From contig JANRLD010000010.1 of NCBI GenBank assembly GCA_033762915.1, forward strand, positions 18,801-82,800: a stretch of 64,000 nucleotides of DNA, written 5' to 3'. Origin of the DNA: Meiothermus sp. Lineage in GTDB: Bacteria > Deinococcota > Deinococci > Deinococcales > Thermaceae. Position 1 is the stretch's first letter. Every line of letters starts with the position of its first letter. A program made the translations under genes and the position numbers. Below are positions 47,558 through 57,013 of the stretch, one piece after another. The notes below the pieces were generated by a model, which was not told the origin of the DNA, did no database searches, and was given only the letters and a program-made list of their open reading frames with translations.

Positions 47558-48421
47558 TTATGTTTCTCGAGTTGCTGGTCCTGGTGACGACCATCCCGCA
47601 GTCAAAACTGCCACCATCAAGCCATACCCAATAATCGGGCCAGCACCAAATCCGATTAAGGGTGCTGGCGTAAGGCCAAATGTTGAAAGCACAAACAAAC
47701 TTGCGTAGTACACCACCACCCCAATCAACCCCAGATTAGTCGCCCAAAGTTGTTTGGCCAATAACACGAGGAATAGGATTGCTCCGCTAAGGATAAGCAT
47801 TCCCACTATTGCTGAATGCTCAAATCCAAGAGCAAACACCCCTTCTACATAGGGCACTGGCTTCAATGGGTCTGGTTGCAATGCTGCTATCAGCACGGCA
47901 AGACCCAACAATACCGCCATGCCCGCGACCACTACTCCATTTACTCTTAGAACAAGGCAACAAACAACAACACCCAAAGACAAAGCAATAACCTGAGACA
48001 AGTCTGGTTGAAGTGCTAAAACAAAGGCCATCAACACCAGCCCACTCAATCCACTAAACAAAACGCTACGATGCTGATGCACAAGGCTAGCGATAGCAAC
48101 CAGTACAAGTGGCAATACAACGGGTGCTAGGTACAAGTTCACAGGCCCAACCCGCAACCAGCGGTCAGGCCCTTCTGTAGCTGTGGTAAAGGAGATACAG
48201 CATACCAATACGGCAACCAACATCACCCCAAACCATCCGCGTTGTGTGGCTATTCTCTTAAAGAACCGCGAACCCAACAGCCCAATACCAAGAAGCAAGA
48301 GCACAGCAGCTGCTTGGATGAGCATCACCTGTAGGCCAACACCTGCTGTATAAAGAATGAGCCCGCTCGCCAAGATTGCAGGTGACAATGCCAAAAGAAG
48401 ATTGATTGGTGAAGCACGCAT
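47558..48421 (-). CDS. Hypothetical polytopic membrane protein, low GC
   Basis: About 9 TM helices; visibly AT-richer than flanks; GGAG RBS. Confidence 0.75.
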   Translation of the reverse strand: MRASPINLLLALSPAILASGLILYTAGVGLQVMLIQAAAVLLLLGIGLLGSRFFKRIATQRGWFGVMLVAVLVCCISFTTATEGPDRWLRVGPVNLYLAPVVLPLVLVAIASLVHQHRSVLFSGLSGLVLMAFVLALQPDLSQVIALSLGVVVCCLVLRVNGVVVAGMAVLLGLAVLIAALQPDPLKPVPYVEGVFALGFEHSAIVGMLILSGAILFLVLLAKQLWATNLGLIGVVVYYASLFVLSTFGLTPAPLIGFGAGPIIGYGLMVAVLTAGWSSPGPATRET

Positions 48422-48530
48422 AACTCCCTTTCCACTTCAGACTGGAACTCGAAGAATAGTACTTCGTTGGTAAAGGGTATATCAAAGTTTTGTAGTTATC
48501 AGTTGATTTTAGAGGGAGTCGGGAATTGTG

Positions 48531-48637
48531 ACAGCGGTTCCCACGAATACCACGCACGCAGAGACTTCGGATCTGCGGGGTACATTGGGCCCGCTTCAGC
48601 ACATCACCGCGTGAGGCGTAATGGTGGGAACCGCTGT
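48531..48637. repeat. Family A-type element with different interior
   Basis: Perfect 14-bp inverted ends ACAGCGGTTCCCAC / GTGGGAACCGCTGT. Confidence 0.7.
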
Positions 48638-48715
48638 GACATAATCAAGTTTCTAATGCCATCACCCTACAACCCGACTTGCCCTCAACCTCCGCCGTAT
48701 AAACCGCTTGATTGT

Positions 48716-48775
48716 CAACAGATGGGCAACCCAGGCCATTTAAGCCATACTCATGTAGCTGGTGACAAACTCGAG
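48716..48775. repeat. Direct repeat copy 1 (core); copy 2 at 51063-51122
   Basis: 54 of 60 bases identical by manual alignment; similarity extends on both sides. Confidence 0.8.
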
Positions 48776-48827
48776 CCAATCAACCCACCTCACCTCCTCG
48801 AGCTTCCTTCAATTTTAGGGCTATACC

Positions 48828-49358
48828 CTACACAGCTTGGGTCTGAGTAATTGCAGAGTACTCTTTGTGTGTTAAGACCACAGGGAGAAACAAAGCCATC
48901 GCCCCGTAAACCAAAATGCCAACTCCAGCCGTAGAAGCCGCAAACACCATAAAGCCAAACTGTATCCACCCCACAGGGATGCTCGAGTAGGCCGCCAACC
49001 CCTGGCAAACCCCCGCAATTTGCTGGCCTTCTTTGATGCGGTATAGGCGGCGACGGGTTTTGGGGCGTTGGTCCGCCGCGTCCACAAAGTCGCCGGGTTT
49101 GTCCCCTTCTACCGCGCCCACTTCCTCGAGCACGGCCTTTACCTCGCCAACACCCAAAGCCTCCACGCTCGAGGCCACCACTGCCAGCTTCTCGGCAATG
49201 GATTGTTCCAAATCCCTTAGAACCTCCTCGCGTTCAGGGTCGGCCCGCAGCCGGGCGCGGGCGCGCTCGAGGTACTGGTTGAGGGTTTCGTATGCGTCTT
49301 CGTCGGCTTGAAACAGGGTGGGATAGCCGCTCAAACGGATATGGACAACCTTTTTCAT
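48828..49358 (-). CDS. PspC domain-containing protein
   Basis: EDAYETLNQYL...DLEQSIAE N-terminal domain; RRLYR...IAGVCQGLAAY PspC motif. Confidence 0.88.
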   Translation of the reverse strand: MKKVVHIRLSGYPTLFQADEDAYETLNQYLERARARLRADPEREEVLRDLEQSIAEKLAVVASSVEALGVGEVKAVLEEVGAVEGDKPGDFVDAADQRPKTRRRLYRIKEGQQIAGVCQGLAAYSSIPVGWIQFGFMVFAASTAGVGILVYGAMALFLPVVLTHKEYSAITQTQAV

Positions 49359-49687
49359 TTGCGTTCTCCTATCTCCTCGATCAGGTGGGTCAGGGTTCTC
49401 CAGTAGGCGCGGAAATCGGCCAGTTGCCTGCGGCCTGTGGGGGTGAGTTTGTAGTACTTTCGCGGCGGCCCCGCGTCCGACTCCCGCCATTCGTAGTCCA
49501 GCAACTCTTCGCGGCGCATTTTGCTCAGGAGCGGATACAGCGTGCCCTCCTGGGTGGCGAAGTCGGTGGCCCGCAGGCGCTGGAGGATGTCGGCGGCGTA
49601 GACCTTTCCCGAGGCGATAATCCCGAGGATTAGAAACTCGAGCAGGCCCTTTCGCAGTGAACTGAACTTTTCGGTATCCATATACAC
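49355..49687 (-). CDS. PadR family transcriptional regulator
   Basis: LRKGLLEF, EGTLYPLLSKM, GPPRKYY. Confidence 0.92.
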   Translation of the reverse strand: MYMDTEKFSSLRKGLLEFLILGIIASGKVYAADILQRLRATDFATQEGTLYPLLSKMRREELLDYEWRESDAGPPRKYYKLTPTGRRQLADFRAYWRTLTHLIEEIGERK

Positions 49688-49691
49688 AAGC

Positions 49692-49711
49692 TACCTTGTT
49701 GTAACAAGGTA
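49692..49711. promoter_or_regulatory. Palindromic operator of left PadR operon
   Basis: TACCTTGTT-GT-AACAAGGTA. Confidence 0.7.
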
Positions 49712-49796
49712 CTAGGTTGTGGGATTTTCGTCAACCACCTGCAGCGACGGGGCGACTTGCGTTGATGCTCTGGAGACTTGGGAGCGGGTTCTTGCT

Positions 49797-49821
49797 TAAT
49801 ATATCCGCAGCGGATATATTA
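49797..49821. promoter_or_regulatory. Palindromic operator of right PadR operon
   Basis: TAATATATCCGC-A-GCGGATATATTA. Confidence 0.72.
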
Positions 49822-49826
49822 CTTTT

Positions 49827-50186
49827 GTGCCCGCTACCGTCCCCAATGCACCGCTTACCCCAGCCGTGTTCCACATTCTGCTGGCCCTTTCCGGCGGAGA
49901 AAGGCACGGCTATGCGATCATGAAACAGGTCGAGGCCGACTCCCAAGGCAAGGTCAGCATGGGGCCGGGCACGCTTTACGGCTCGCTTAAGCGCATGCTC
50001 GACGCCGGGCTGGTGGACGAGAGCGACAAGCGCATTGACCCCGAAATGGACGACCAGCGGCGCATCTACTATCGGATTACAGGCCTGGGCGCCCAGGCCT
50101 TGGCGGCCGAACTCGAGCGCTATCGGCGCATCGTGGCCCTGGCCCAACAGCGCAAACTGCTGCCAAGGGGGTTTTATGTCGCCTGA
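49827..50186 (+). CDS. PadR family transcriptional regulator
   Basis: FHILLAL, RHGYAIM, GPGTLYGSLKRM, RRIYYRIT. Confidence 0.92.
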   Translation: MPATVPNAPLTPAVFHILLALSGGERHGYAIMKQVEADSQGKVSMGPGTLYGSLKRMLDAGLVDESDKRIDPEMDDQRRIYYRITGLGAQALAAELERYRRIVALAQQRKLLPRGFYVA

Positions 50187-51009
50187 GCATAGAGCGGTCT
50201 CGAGGCTGTACGGTAGGCTGCTCGGCCTCTACCCACGCGCATTTAGGGAACGTTTTGGCGAGTCCATGCAGCAGACCTTCGACGATCTCTACAACGAACA
50301 CCAGCGGCAAGCAGGGCGGGCGGTATTGGGCTTTGTCCTCAGGGCGTTTATCGAAACCGCCCTTGGGGTTGCGCAGGAGCATCTATTGCTGGTCTCTGCG
50401 GGAGGCGTTATACGAGCCGTTCAGACCCTCGGCATATCGGCGCTGATCAGTTTTCTTCTGGTCCTTCCGTTGATGTTGATGCAACTGATCAACCGGCGCG
50501 GCCTCAACGAAGAGTTTCCGTTGGTGCTGTTTATTGGTTTTTGGCTGGCCCCGTTCGCTATCGGCTTGATGCTGCTGCCCATCGCTCGAGCCTGGCGCAG
50601 GGGAACCCACCGCCGGCCCAATGGCCGCACGGCCCACACAAGCACCCTCCTCACAAATCCGGTTTCATCCGCTGCAATTAGCCTGGGCCTCTTGCTATTC
50701 ACCCTTATGCAGGTGTGGCTGTCGGCGGTTGGATGGGCGCCTTTAGCGCGCCTACTCAATGGCCCGAATCCGGAAGTGGCGTATCTGCCCGGTCAGCTCA
50801 TCACCTTCGGTTTTGGCCTGCTGCCCCTGGCGGCGGGGGTTGTGGCCAGCCGACCCATCGTCCACACCTTGCGGGCAGGGGGCAGCCTGGTTGCGCATCC
50901 TTTCCACCTCATCCTGGTATTGGGGCTTGCATCCCTCCTGGCGGTAGGCTTCGGCCTGCTGCTGGTGGATCAGTGGCCGTGTTTTGTGGGCGTTCCCAAC
51001 TGCGACTGA
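50176..51009 (+). CDS. PadR-associated membrane protein
   Basis: LLGLYPRAFRERFGESM N-terminal motif; TM helices; C-terminal CFVGVPNCD. Confidence 0.8.
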   Translation: MSPEHRAVSRLYGRLLGLYPRAFRERFGESMQQTFDDLYNEHQRQAGRAVLGFVLRAFIETALGVAQEHLLLVSAGGVIRAVQTLGISALISFLLVLPLMLMQLINRRGLNEEFPLVLFIGFWLAPFAIGLMLLPIARAWRRGTHRRPNGRTAHTSTLLTNPVSSAAISLGLLLFTLMQVWLSAVGWAPLARLLNGPNPEVAYLPGQLITFGFGLLPLAAGVVASRPIVHTLRAGGSLVAHPFHLILVLGLASLLAVGFGLLLVDQWPCFVGVPNCD

Positions 51010-51146
51010 ACAGCTCCACCCCCGACCGCTGCCGCCCTCCGCCGCGTAAACCACTCCACCACCAACAGATGGGGAACCCAGGCCATTCAGGCCATAATCA
51101 TGTAGCTGGTGGCGAACTCGAGTCAAACCAAACCCCCTCGATCCAC

Positions 51147-51623
51147 TCAAACCACAAACTTCGGAGCTTTTGCGCGGATGGCGGCTCGAGCCGACTGCAC
51201 CAGCTCGGCCACCTCGCCGGGCAGTTGCGCGTCTTGCCAGGCCCGTTCCTCTTGCGCCGAGCCGCCAGCCGCCTTGACGGCTTTCAGGGCGTACTCCGCC
51301 GCGCCCAGCGAATGGTCGGCGGCGTGGGCGGTGGCGACGGCCTGACCGATTGCTCGAGCCACCATCACCGCCGCAGGGTTGGTCAAGGCGCGGGCCACTG
51401 CGTGAGCCGCCAGCGAAGCCTTTTGGGCCGCCCCCACCCGAGCCTTACCGCACTCCCAGGCCCGGGCGGTCTCGAGGGCTGCCCGCAGCCGTTCATCCAC
51501 GGGCTCACCCAGTAGCGGCAGCACATGCTCCGCGCAGGCATACGCCCAGGCCATCAGCAGGCGGTGGTGCTCGAGGCCCAGCGGCCCGCTGCGGTGGGCC
51601 GCCACAAAGCGTCGGTCGCGCAT
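51147..51623 (-). CDS. Imm5-like putative immunity protein
   Basis: WAYACAEHVLP...ARAW...AHAVAR...ARAIGQAVATAH...ERAWQ. Confidence 0.75.
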   Translation of the reverse strand: MRDRRFVAAHRSGPLGLEHHRLLMAWAYACAEHVLPLLGEPVDERLRAALETARAWECGKARVGAAQKASLAAHAVARALTNPAAVMVARAIGQAVATAHAADHSLGAAEYALKAVKAAGGSAQEERAWQDAQLPGEVAELVQSARAAIRAKAPKFVV

Positions 51624-51651
51624 CGGATCAGACTACCAAAACCGATCGGGG

Positions 51652-52500
51652 TCAGGTTCTGGCCGTGATGAAAGCCCGCAGCAGCTCGAAAGCCCGCTGG
51701 GGCTCGTCGCGCCAGACGCTATGTCCGCAGTTTTCGAAACGCTCGAGCCGTCCAACTCTTTCGGGCAGTGCTGCCAGAATTTCCTCCTGGTCTTCGATAG
51801 GGCAAACCGGGTCCAGGGCGCCCCCGATCACCAGAGTTGGGCAGTGAATTTTGTGCAGGTCAGGCACGAGGTTGTAGGTGGTTTGCTCGCCCGCCGCGAA
51901 GTGGAACAGCACCTCAGGGTTGGTGATGGCCCTCGAGGTGGCCTGGGGGTCGCGCTGGGTGCGGTTGTACAGCGGCCAGACGGTTTGGAGATAGGCGGGT
52001 GCGGTGGCGGGGCCGGGTTGTGTCCAGAACTGCCGGGCGGTTTCGCGCACGGTCGCGCCGCCAATCTGCTCGAAGCGCTCCAGCATCCGTGGAAGGTTCC
52101 GCCGCGCCGAAGTGCCCGCCAGAATCAGCTTACCCACGTGGGCGGGATGCCGGGTAGCATAGCTCATCGCCACCATCCCACCAAAAGAGTGGCCCATCAC
52201 GATGGGGCGCTCGAGGCCCAACGCCTCACAAAAACCGCGCACATCATCGCCCCACTGGGCCAGGGTCCAGTGGTCGGGGCTGCTGCGCTCGGAGCGTCCG
52301 TTGCCCCGATGGTCGAGATAGATTACCTGGGCTACTTCGGAGAGTGGGGAGAACTCGGGCCGAAAAGAAGTGTGGTCGAGGCCGGGGCCGCCGTGCAGCA
52401 GCACCAGCGTGGGTCGCTCGAGCATCTCAGGGCCGTGCGGCTCGAGACCTGTGCCTTCAACGTCAAAAAACAACCGAACCCCGTTGACTTGAACGTGCAT
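51652..52500 (-). CDS. Alpha/beta hydrolase (proline iminopeptidase-like)
   Basis: HGGPG, GHSFGG, D and H of catalytic triad. Confidence 0.88.
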   Translation of the reverse strand: MHVQVNGVRLFFDVEGTGLEPHGPEMLERPTLVLLHGGPGLDHTSFRPEFSPLSEVAQVIYLDHRGNGRSERSSPDHWTLAQWGDDVRGFCEALGLERPIVMGHSFGGMVAMSYATRHPAHVGKLILAGTSARRNLPRMLERFEQIGGATVRETARQFWTQPGPATAPAYLQTVWPLYNRTQRDPQATSRAITNPEVLFHFAAGEQTTYNLVPDLHKIHCPTLVIGGALDPVCPIEDQEEILAALPERVGRLERFENCGHSVWRDEPQRAFELLRAFITART

Positions 52501-52532
52501 GGGCTGTTATATCACGCGGCTGGGAATCCCCT

Positions 52533-52627
52533 AGCGCGGTTCCCACGCATACTCCTTTCAGCGGTTTTTGCTTTAGGGAGTCCATTGCCTGCCGCTGCGA
52601 GGGAGGTAAGGGTGAGAAACGCGATAG
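52533..52627. repeat. MITE-like repeat family A copy (opposite orientation)
   Basis: Reverse complement closely matches 34698-34791. Confidence 0.8.
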
Positions 52628-52760
52628 ACCAATGGCGAATCGCCGGCCGGGGCGGGAAGTGGCGCGGTCGGGCCGCTATTTTGAAGCTGGCCCCCGCCTT
52701 CAGGTGCTCGGGCGCGGGCCACAGGCCGGGGGTGAGTCCCGGGATGGTTAGGCGCGCGAA

Positions 52761-53486
52761 TTACGTCGACGCCGAGGTGTACGCACCGTCTTGCAGTATC
52801 GGCACAACGCCACTCACGCCAAGTTGAGCGGCCAGCCCGACATCCTGCGCAAAGCCCCTCGAGATCAGCTCCACCCCCGAGGCGCACCTCTGCAGGAAGC
52901 CTGCGAGGTCTGCTCGAGCAGCCAGAAAGGCCGTTTCCGCGATTCTTGCCTCGGGGGATTTTGCGCCCTCGAGGTGGTGCGCAATTGCGCCCGCGCCAAT
53001 CAAGTCCTCGACTGAAGGCCGCAGGCTGCCGTCGGGCCAGCGCTCGCCCGCCGCGACCAGCGTGATTGCGCCCCCTTGCACCCGCGCAAAAGCGGCCACC
53101 GCGGCGGCGTTGCGCAGGCACCCGGCCAGAACCACGGGGGCGGTACAGGCCAGCGATAGGGTCGAGCCGTTGGGGGAGGGAAGCACCAGTTTGGTTCCGG
53201 ATTCGATCTCCAGCAGCGACTGGGGCGACAGCGAGAACCCACCGCCTCCGCGCCTCGAGGCCAACACCGCGCCATGCATCCGGGCGAACCCCTCGGCGGT
53301 GTGGTCGTTGAAGCGATAGGGCAAAACCTTCGACCCCCTCGAGCAGGCAATATCCACGCAACTCGAGAACGACAGCACGTCCACGATTACGGCCACACCG
53401 CCCCGGTTGGCCACCTCCATCACACCGTTCAGGCCCCACTCGAGGCGAACCGCGTAGGGGGATTGGGCGGCGAAGTCAGGACTCAT
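52761..53486 (-). CDS. 2-phosphosulfolactate phosphatase (ComB) family protein
   Basis: IVDVLSFSS, SLSP, PSPNGS, CLRNA, EDLIGAG. Confidence 0.85.
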   Translation of the reverse strand: MSPDFAAQSPYAVRLEWGLNGVMEVANRGGVAVIVDVLSFSSCVDIACSRGSKVLPYRFNDHTAEGFARMHGAVLASRRGGGGFSLSPQSLLEIESGTKLVLPSPNGSTLSLACTAPVVLAGCLRNAAAVAAFARVQGGAITLVAAGERWPDGSLRPSVEDLIGAGAIAHHLEGAKSPEARIAETAFLAARADLAGFLQRCASGVELISRGFAQDVGLAAQLGVSGVVPILQDGAYTSAST

Positions 53487-53916
53487 CGGCTTTACGTTTG
53501 ACGTGCTTCTTCGCATCGAGCGCGTAGGCCTCGGCCAGCAGTGCCTTTACTTCCTCGAGCGTCTTGTCACGGTTAAGCACACACACCCAGGACATCGCCG
53601 CATAGACCGGGTGGGGCATAAGCTGGTCGAGGGCGGTGAAGTCGTGGCCAGTGTTCACAACCCCGCCGTCCCTGGGGAAGGCGGGCTGGGGACCGAACCT
53701 CGAGCGGTAAGCCTCCGGCCCCACCCCGATGTTGAGCCGGAAGACCCCGGGCCGGCTCAGGTCGGAGGCCTGGTCGTGGGTGTCGTCGGTGACGAGGGTG
53801 ACGAAGGGGAATTTCTGCTCGGGGTCTAGGAAGAAGAAGTGGGCGTTGTGGGCTCCGACCACCCGAACATCGTCAAAAGTCTCGGTGATGTACCGGATGA
53901 TCTCGGCTTCGTCCAT
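53476..53916 (-). CDS. DUF6194-like protein
   Basis: PFVTLVT..D..SDLSRPGVFRLNIG...LMPHPVY..MSWVCVLN. Confidence 0.75.
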   Translation of the reverse strand: MDEAEIIRYITETFDDVRVVGAHNAHFFFLDPEQKFPFVTLVTDDTHDQASDLSRPGVFRLNIGVGPEAYRSRFGPQPAFPRDGGVVNTGHDFTALDQLMPHPVYAAMSWVCVLNRDKTLEEVKALLAEAYALDAKKHVKRKADES

Positions 53917-53951
53917 AAGATTCGGAGTTTAGCAGAAGGACGGGTCCGGAC

Positions 53952-54911
53952 TCAACCCGCGCCCAGGGCTTGCCGGAGGTGCTCGAGCGAGGTGTTCCCG
54001 CCCGAGCAGACCAGACCGATCTTTTTGCCCCGTAGTACCTCGCGCATCCGATAGGCGGCCGCCAACGGGGCCGAGCCTGCGGCCTCGGCCAGGGTGTGGG
54101 CGTGCTCGATCATCCACACCATCGCCTGCCTGATCTCCTGGTCGCTTACCAACACAAACTCGTGGAGCCGTTCCCACAAGATTTGCTGCGGCAGCGCGAA
54201 CCCGCCCCCCGAGGCCAGCCCCTCGGCGAAGGTGGCGTCGGGGGCCTGCTCGAGCCGCCGCGCTCGCCAGGAGTGGTAGGCGGCGGGGGCCGCCTCCGAC
54301 TGCACCGCGACCACGCGGGTGGTGGGGCTCAGGGTCGCCGCGGCGATGCAGGCCCCTGCCACACCGCTGCCGCCGCCCAGCGGAACGAAGATGGCCTCGA
54401 GGTCGGGTTGCTCCTCGAGCATCTCCACGGCCTCGGTTGCCACCCCTGCAATCAGCAGCGGCTCGTTACCGGAGTGGACGTAGCGGTAGCCGTGCTCCGC
54501 CGCCAACGCCTCGCAGTGCCGCCGGGCGTCGTCGAACTTGGCCCCGTGGAAGATCACCTCGGCCCCCATACCCTGCATGGCCGCGACCTTGCCGGGGTTG
54601 GCGTTCTGGGGCACCACGATGCGGGCTGTAACCCCGAACAGCCGGGCCGCGAAGGCCAGCGACTGCCCGTGATTGCCAGTGGAGGAGGCGATGAGACCGC
54701 GCTCGCGCTCCTGGGGGCTGAGCTGCGAGACCAGGTTGACCCCGCCGCGCACCTTGAAGGCCCCCACCGGCTGGTAGTTCTCGTGCTTGACCCAAACCTC
54801 CACACCCAGCAGCGCGTTGAGCGCCGGGTAGCTGTGCATGGGCGTGCGCGGGAGGTAGGGGCGGATGCGCTTGCGGGCGCGGAGGACATCGGCGAAGGTG
54901 GGCGGCTGCAT
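53952..54911 (-). CDS. PLP-dependent threonine/serine dehydratase family protein
   Basis: GAFKVRGG, STGNHG, GGGSG, SGGN. Confidence 0.9.
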   Translation of the reverse strand: MQPPTFADVLRARKRIRPYLPRTPMHSYPALNALLGVEVWVKHENYQPVGAFKVRGGVNLVSQLSPQERERGLIASSTGNHGQSLAFAARLFGVTARIVVPQNANPGKVAAMQGMGAEVIFHGAKFDDARRHCEALAAEHGYRYVHSGNEPLLIAGVATEAVEMLEEQPDLEAIFVPLGGGSGVAGACIAAATLSPTTRVVAVQSEAAPAAYHSWRARRLEQAPDATFAEGLASGGGFALPQQILWERLHEFVLVSDQEIRQAMVWMIEHAHTLAEAAGSAPLAAAYRMREVLRGKKIGLVCSGGNTSLEHLRQALGAG

Positions 54912-55190
54912 GGGTCGGGGCTCCTTTAGGCGGCGCTGGGGTTTCGCCGTTCATCATATGCCTCGAGCACCGACTGCGGGCGCAAGTCCGGACGGACAGA
55001 CAAGGCGTTCGGGTGGGCGGTACCGGGCGTGCGGTACACTGCCAATGAGGTAGTCGGAGAAAGGGAACCTCGAGATGACTCGAGATCGGGCCGCGCTGAG
55101 GGCGTCTTGGGGCGGCATTGCGCAGTTTAGAGCGGTTCCCATGCATACTCTCTACAGGTGACGTACCCTGATTCTGGGGAGGTCTTCGGC

Positions 55191-56195
55191 GTGAGCATCC
55201 ACTTCCAGGTTCTCGGCCAGCCGGGCTACGACAACGCGCTGTACGTTCAGGTTGATTCGGGCCAGAACGTCCGTCGGATTCTCTTCGACTGCGGCGAGGG
55301 GACGGTTTCCACGCTGCCCTTCGCGGAGGTGATCGGGCTGGAATACCTGTTCTTCTCGCACCTCCATATGGATCATGTGGCCGGCTTCGACTCGCTGTTT
55401 CGCGCAGTCTATGCCCGTGAAAACCCACCCATGCAGGTTTGGGGGCCGGCGGACACCGCGCGGATCATGCGGCACCGGGTGCAGGGGTTTTTGTGGAACC
55501 TAACCGAGAAGCTCGAGTCGCCCTGGATCGTCCGCGACGTGCTCGAGGGCGCGGTAGAGGCGACCCGGCTCGAGCACATCGCCGAGTTCGACACGGCGAG
55601 ACCGTTTGAGCGTGCGGACCGGGAAGGGGTGCTGCTGGAGACGCCCGAGTTTAGCGTCCGGGCGGTTCAGCTCGAGCACCTCACCCCCTCCCTAGCCTAC
55701 GTGCTGCGTGAGCCGAGCAGATCCAACATCGACGCCTCCAAACTCGCCTCGCTGGGCCTAAAACCTGGGCCCTGGCTGCGCGAGATGAAGCAGGCCGGCC
55801 CCGCGCAAAAAACCATCCAGGTGGACGGCGTGGAACGCGACCTGGAAGCGCTCAGGGCTGAACTGCTGGTGACGACGGAAGGCGACTCCATCGCCTACCT
55901 CACCGACTTCCTGCTTGACGACGCGGCGGTGGAGAAGCTGCTGCCCCTGCTTCGCGGCTGCAAGACCGTGGTATGTGAGAGCCAGTACTTGGCCGAAGAC
56001 CGGGCCCTGGCACTCAAGAACTACCACATGACCGCCGACCGCGTGGCCGCACTGGCCAAGGCTGCTCAGGTGGGCGAGCTGATCCTCTTCCACGTCTCGG
56101 ATCGCTACCACCAGACCGGGCAGTGGCGGGCGCTGCTGCGCGAGGCCCGGGCGGTTTTCCCCCGCACCCGCTACCCGCCGCACTGGGTTCTATGA
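55191..56195 (+). CDS. RNase Z-like metallo-beta-lactamase fold hydrolase
   Basis: FDCGEG, SHLHMDH, LKPGPW exosite-like segment, YLTD, FHVSDRY. Confidence 0.8.
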   Translation: MSIHFQVLGQPGYDNALYVQVDSGQNVRRILFDCGEGTVSTLPFAEVIGLEYLFFSHLHMDHVAGFDSLFRAVYARENPPMQVWGPADTARIMRHRVQGFLWNLTEKLESPWIVRDVLEGAVEATRLEHIAEFDTARPFERADREGVLLETPEFSVRAVQLEHLTPSLAYVLREPSRSNIDASKLASLGLKPGPWLREMKQAGPAQKTIQVDGVERDLEALRAELLVTTEGDSIAYLTDFLLDDAAVEKLLPLLRGCKTVVCESQYLAEDRALALKNYHMTADRVAALAKAAQVGELILFHVSDRYHQTGQWRALLREARAVFPRTRYPPHWVL

Positions 56196-56672
56196 TTGTC
56201 GCACCACAAAAGTCTCGACCATCAAGTCGTGCAGGGCTTGGCGGTCGGGGTCCCACAGGGGCCAGGCAAAGCCGAGGTACAAAACCATGGTGGAAAGCCA
56301 CTTGCCCACGCTTTCGCGCAGGAAAGCCTGCCCGAAGGTGGGGGGCGTGCCTGTGCGGCCCACCACCGTCAGCCCCACCACCTGCTTGCCCCAGGTGTGT
56401 CCGGTGCGCGCGAGCGGGGCCACCGCGTACAGCCACCACGACAGCGGCCCCAGGATGCCGAAGAGTACGATCCCCTCGGCGGAGAAATGGCTGGCCGGGT
56501 TGGCGGGTGGGAACAGGCTGTACAGCGCCCGCACCACCCCGAACTGCACGCCTGCCAGCACCGCCGCATCGATCAGGCCCGCCACCAGCCTGCGGCCAAG
56601 GTAGTCCACCGTTCGGCCCTCGAGCCTTACCCAACCCCTCGAGGCCCACCGCGTCCGGGTGACGGGCTTCAT
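56190..56672 (-). CDS. RDD family membrane protein
   Basis: RRLVAGLID, TWGKQVVGL, RQALHDLMVET. Confidence 0.88.
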   Translation of the reverse strand: MKPVTRTRWASRGWVRLEGRTVDYLGRRLVAGLIDAAVLAGVQFGVVRALYSLFPPANPASHFSAEGIVLFGILGPLSWWLYAVAPLARTGHTWGKQVVGLTVVGRTGTPPTFGQAFLRESVGKWLSTMVLYLGFAWPLWDPDRQALHDLMVETFVVRQS

Positions 56673-56676
56673 CCCA

Positions 56677-56874
56677 CTACTTTACCCCCAGGGTACGGGG
56701 CCGCGCTTCGGGACACGGGGTAGCGGCTCGAGGGCGCCTGAACCAATCCAGCAGGCTGAGGGCTGGGGCGGCCGGAGCAGACCGGGCGGCCTTCACGTAC
56801 GCGTCCCCAAACTGCCTGCGGGTGGCCTCCTCTACCCCGTGCAACCCCGCCAACATCATCGGCTCTTGATACAC
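56677..56874 (-). CDS. Small hypothetical protein (65 aa)
   Basis: Strong AAGGGAGGA RBS; stop 4 nt before the RDD start. Confidence 0.5.
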   Translation of the reverse strand: MYQEPMMLAGLHGVEEATRRQFGDAYVKAARSAPAAPALSLLDWFRRPRAATPCPEARPRTLGVK

Positions 56875-56902
56875 ATATCCTCCCTTTGGGCAAAGCCCTC
56901 CG

Positions 56903-56961
56903 AGCGGTTCCCAGCCGGGTACATCGCGGCGCTCCGTGAGCGCCGTACGGGTGGGAACCGC
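56903..56961. repeat. Short family A-type element
   Basis: GCGGTTCCCA...TGGGAACCGC ends. Confidence 0.6.
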
Positions 56962-57013
56962 GACTAGACCCTATCTAAGCGGCCGTTGTTACCTCGCTGT
57001 GATGGCGGCGCGA

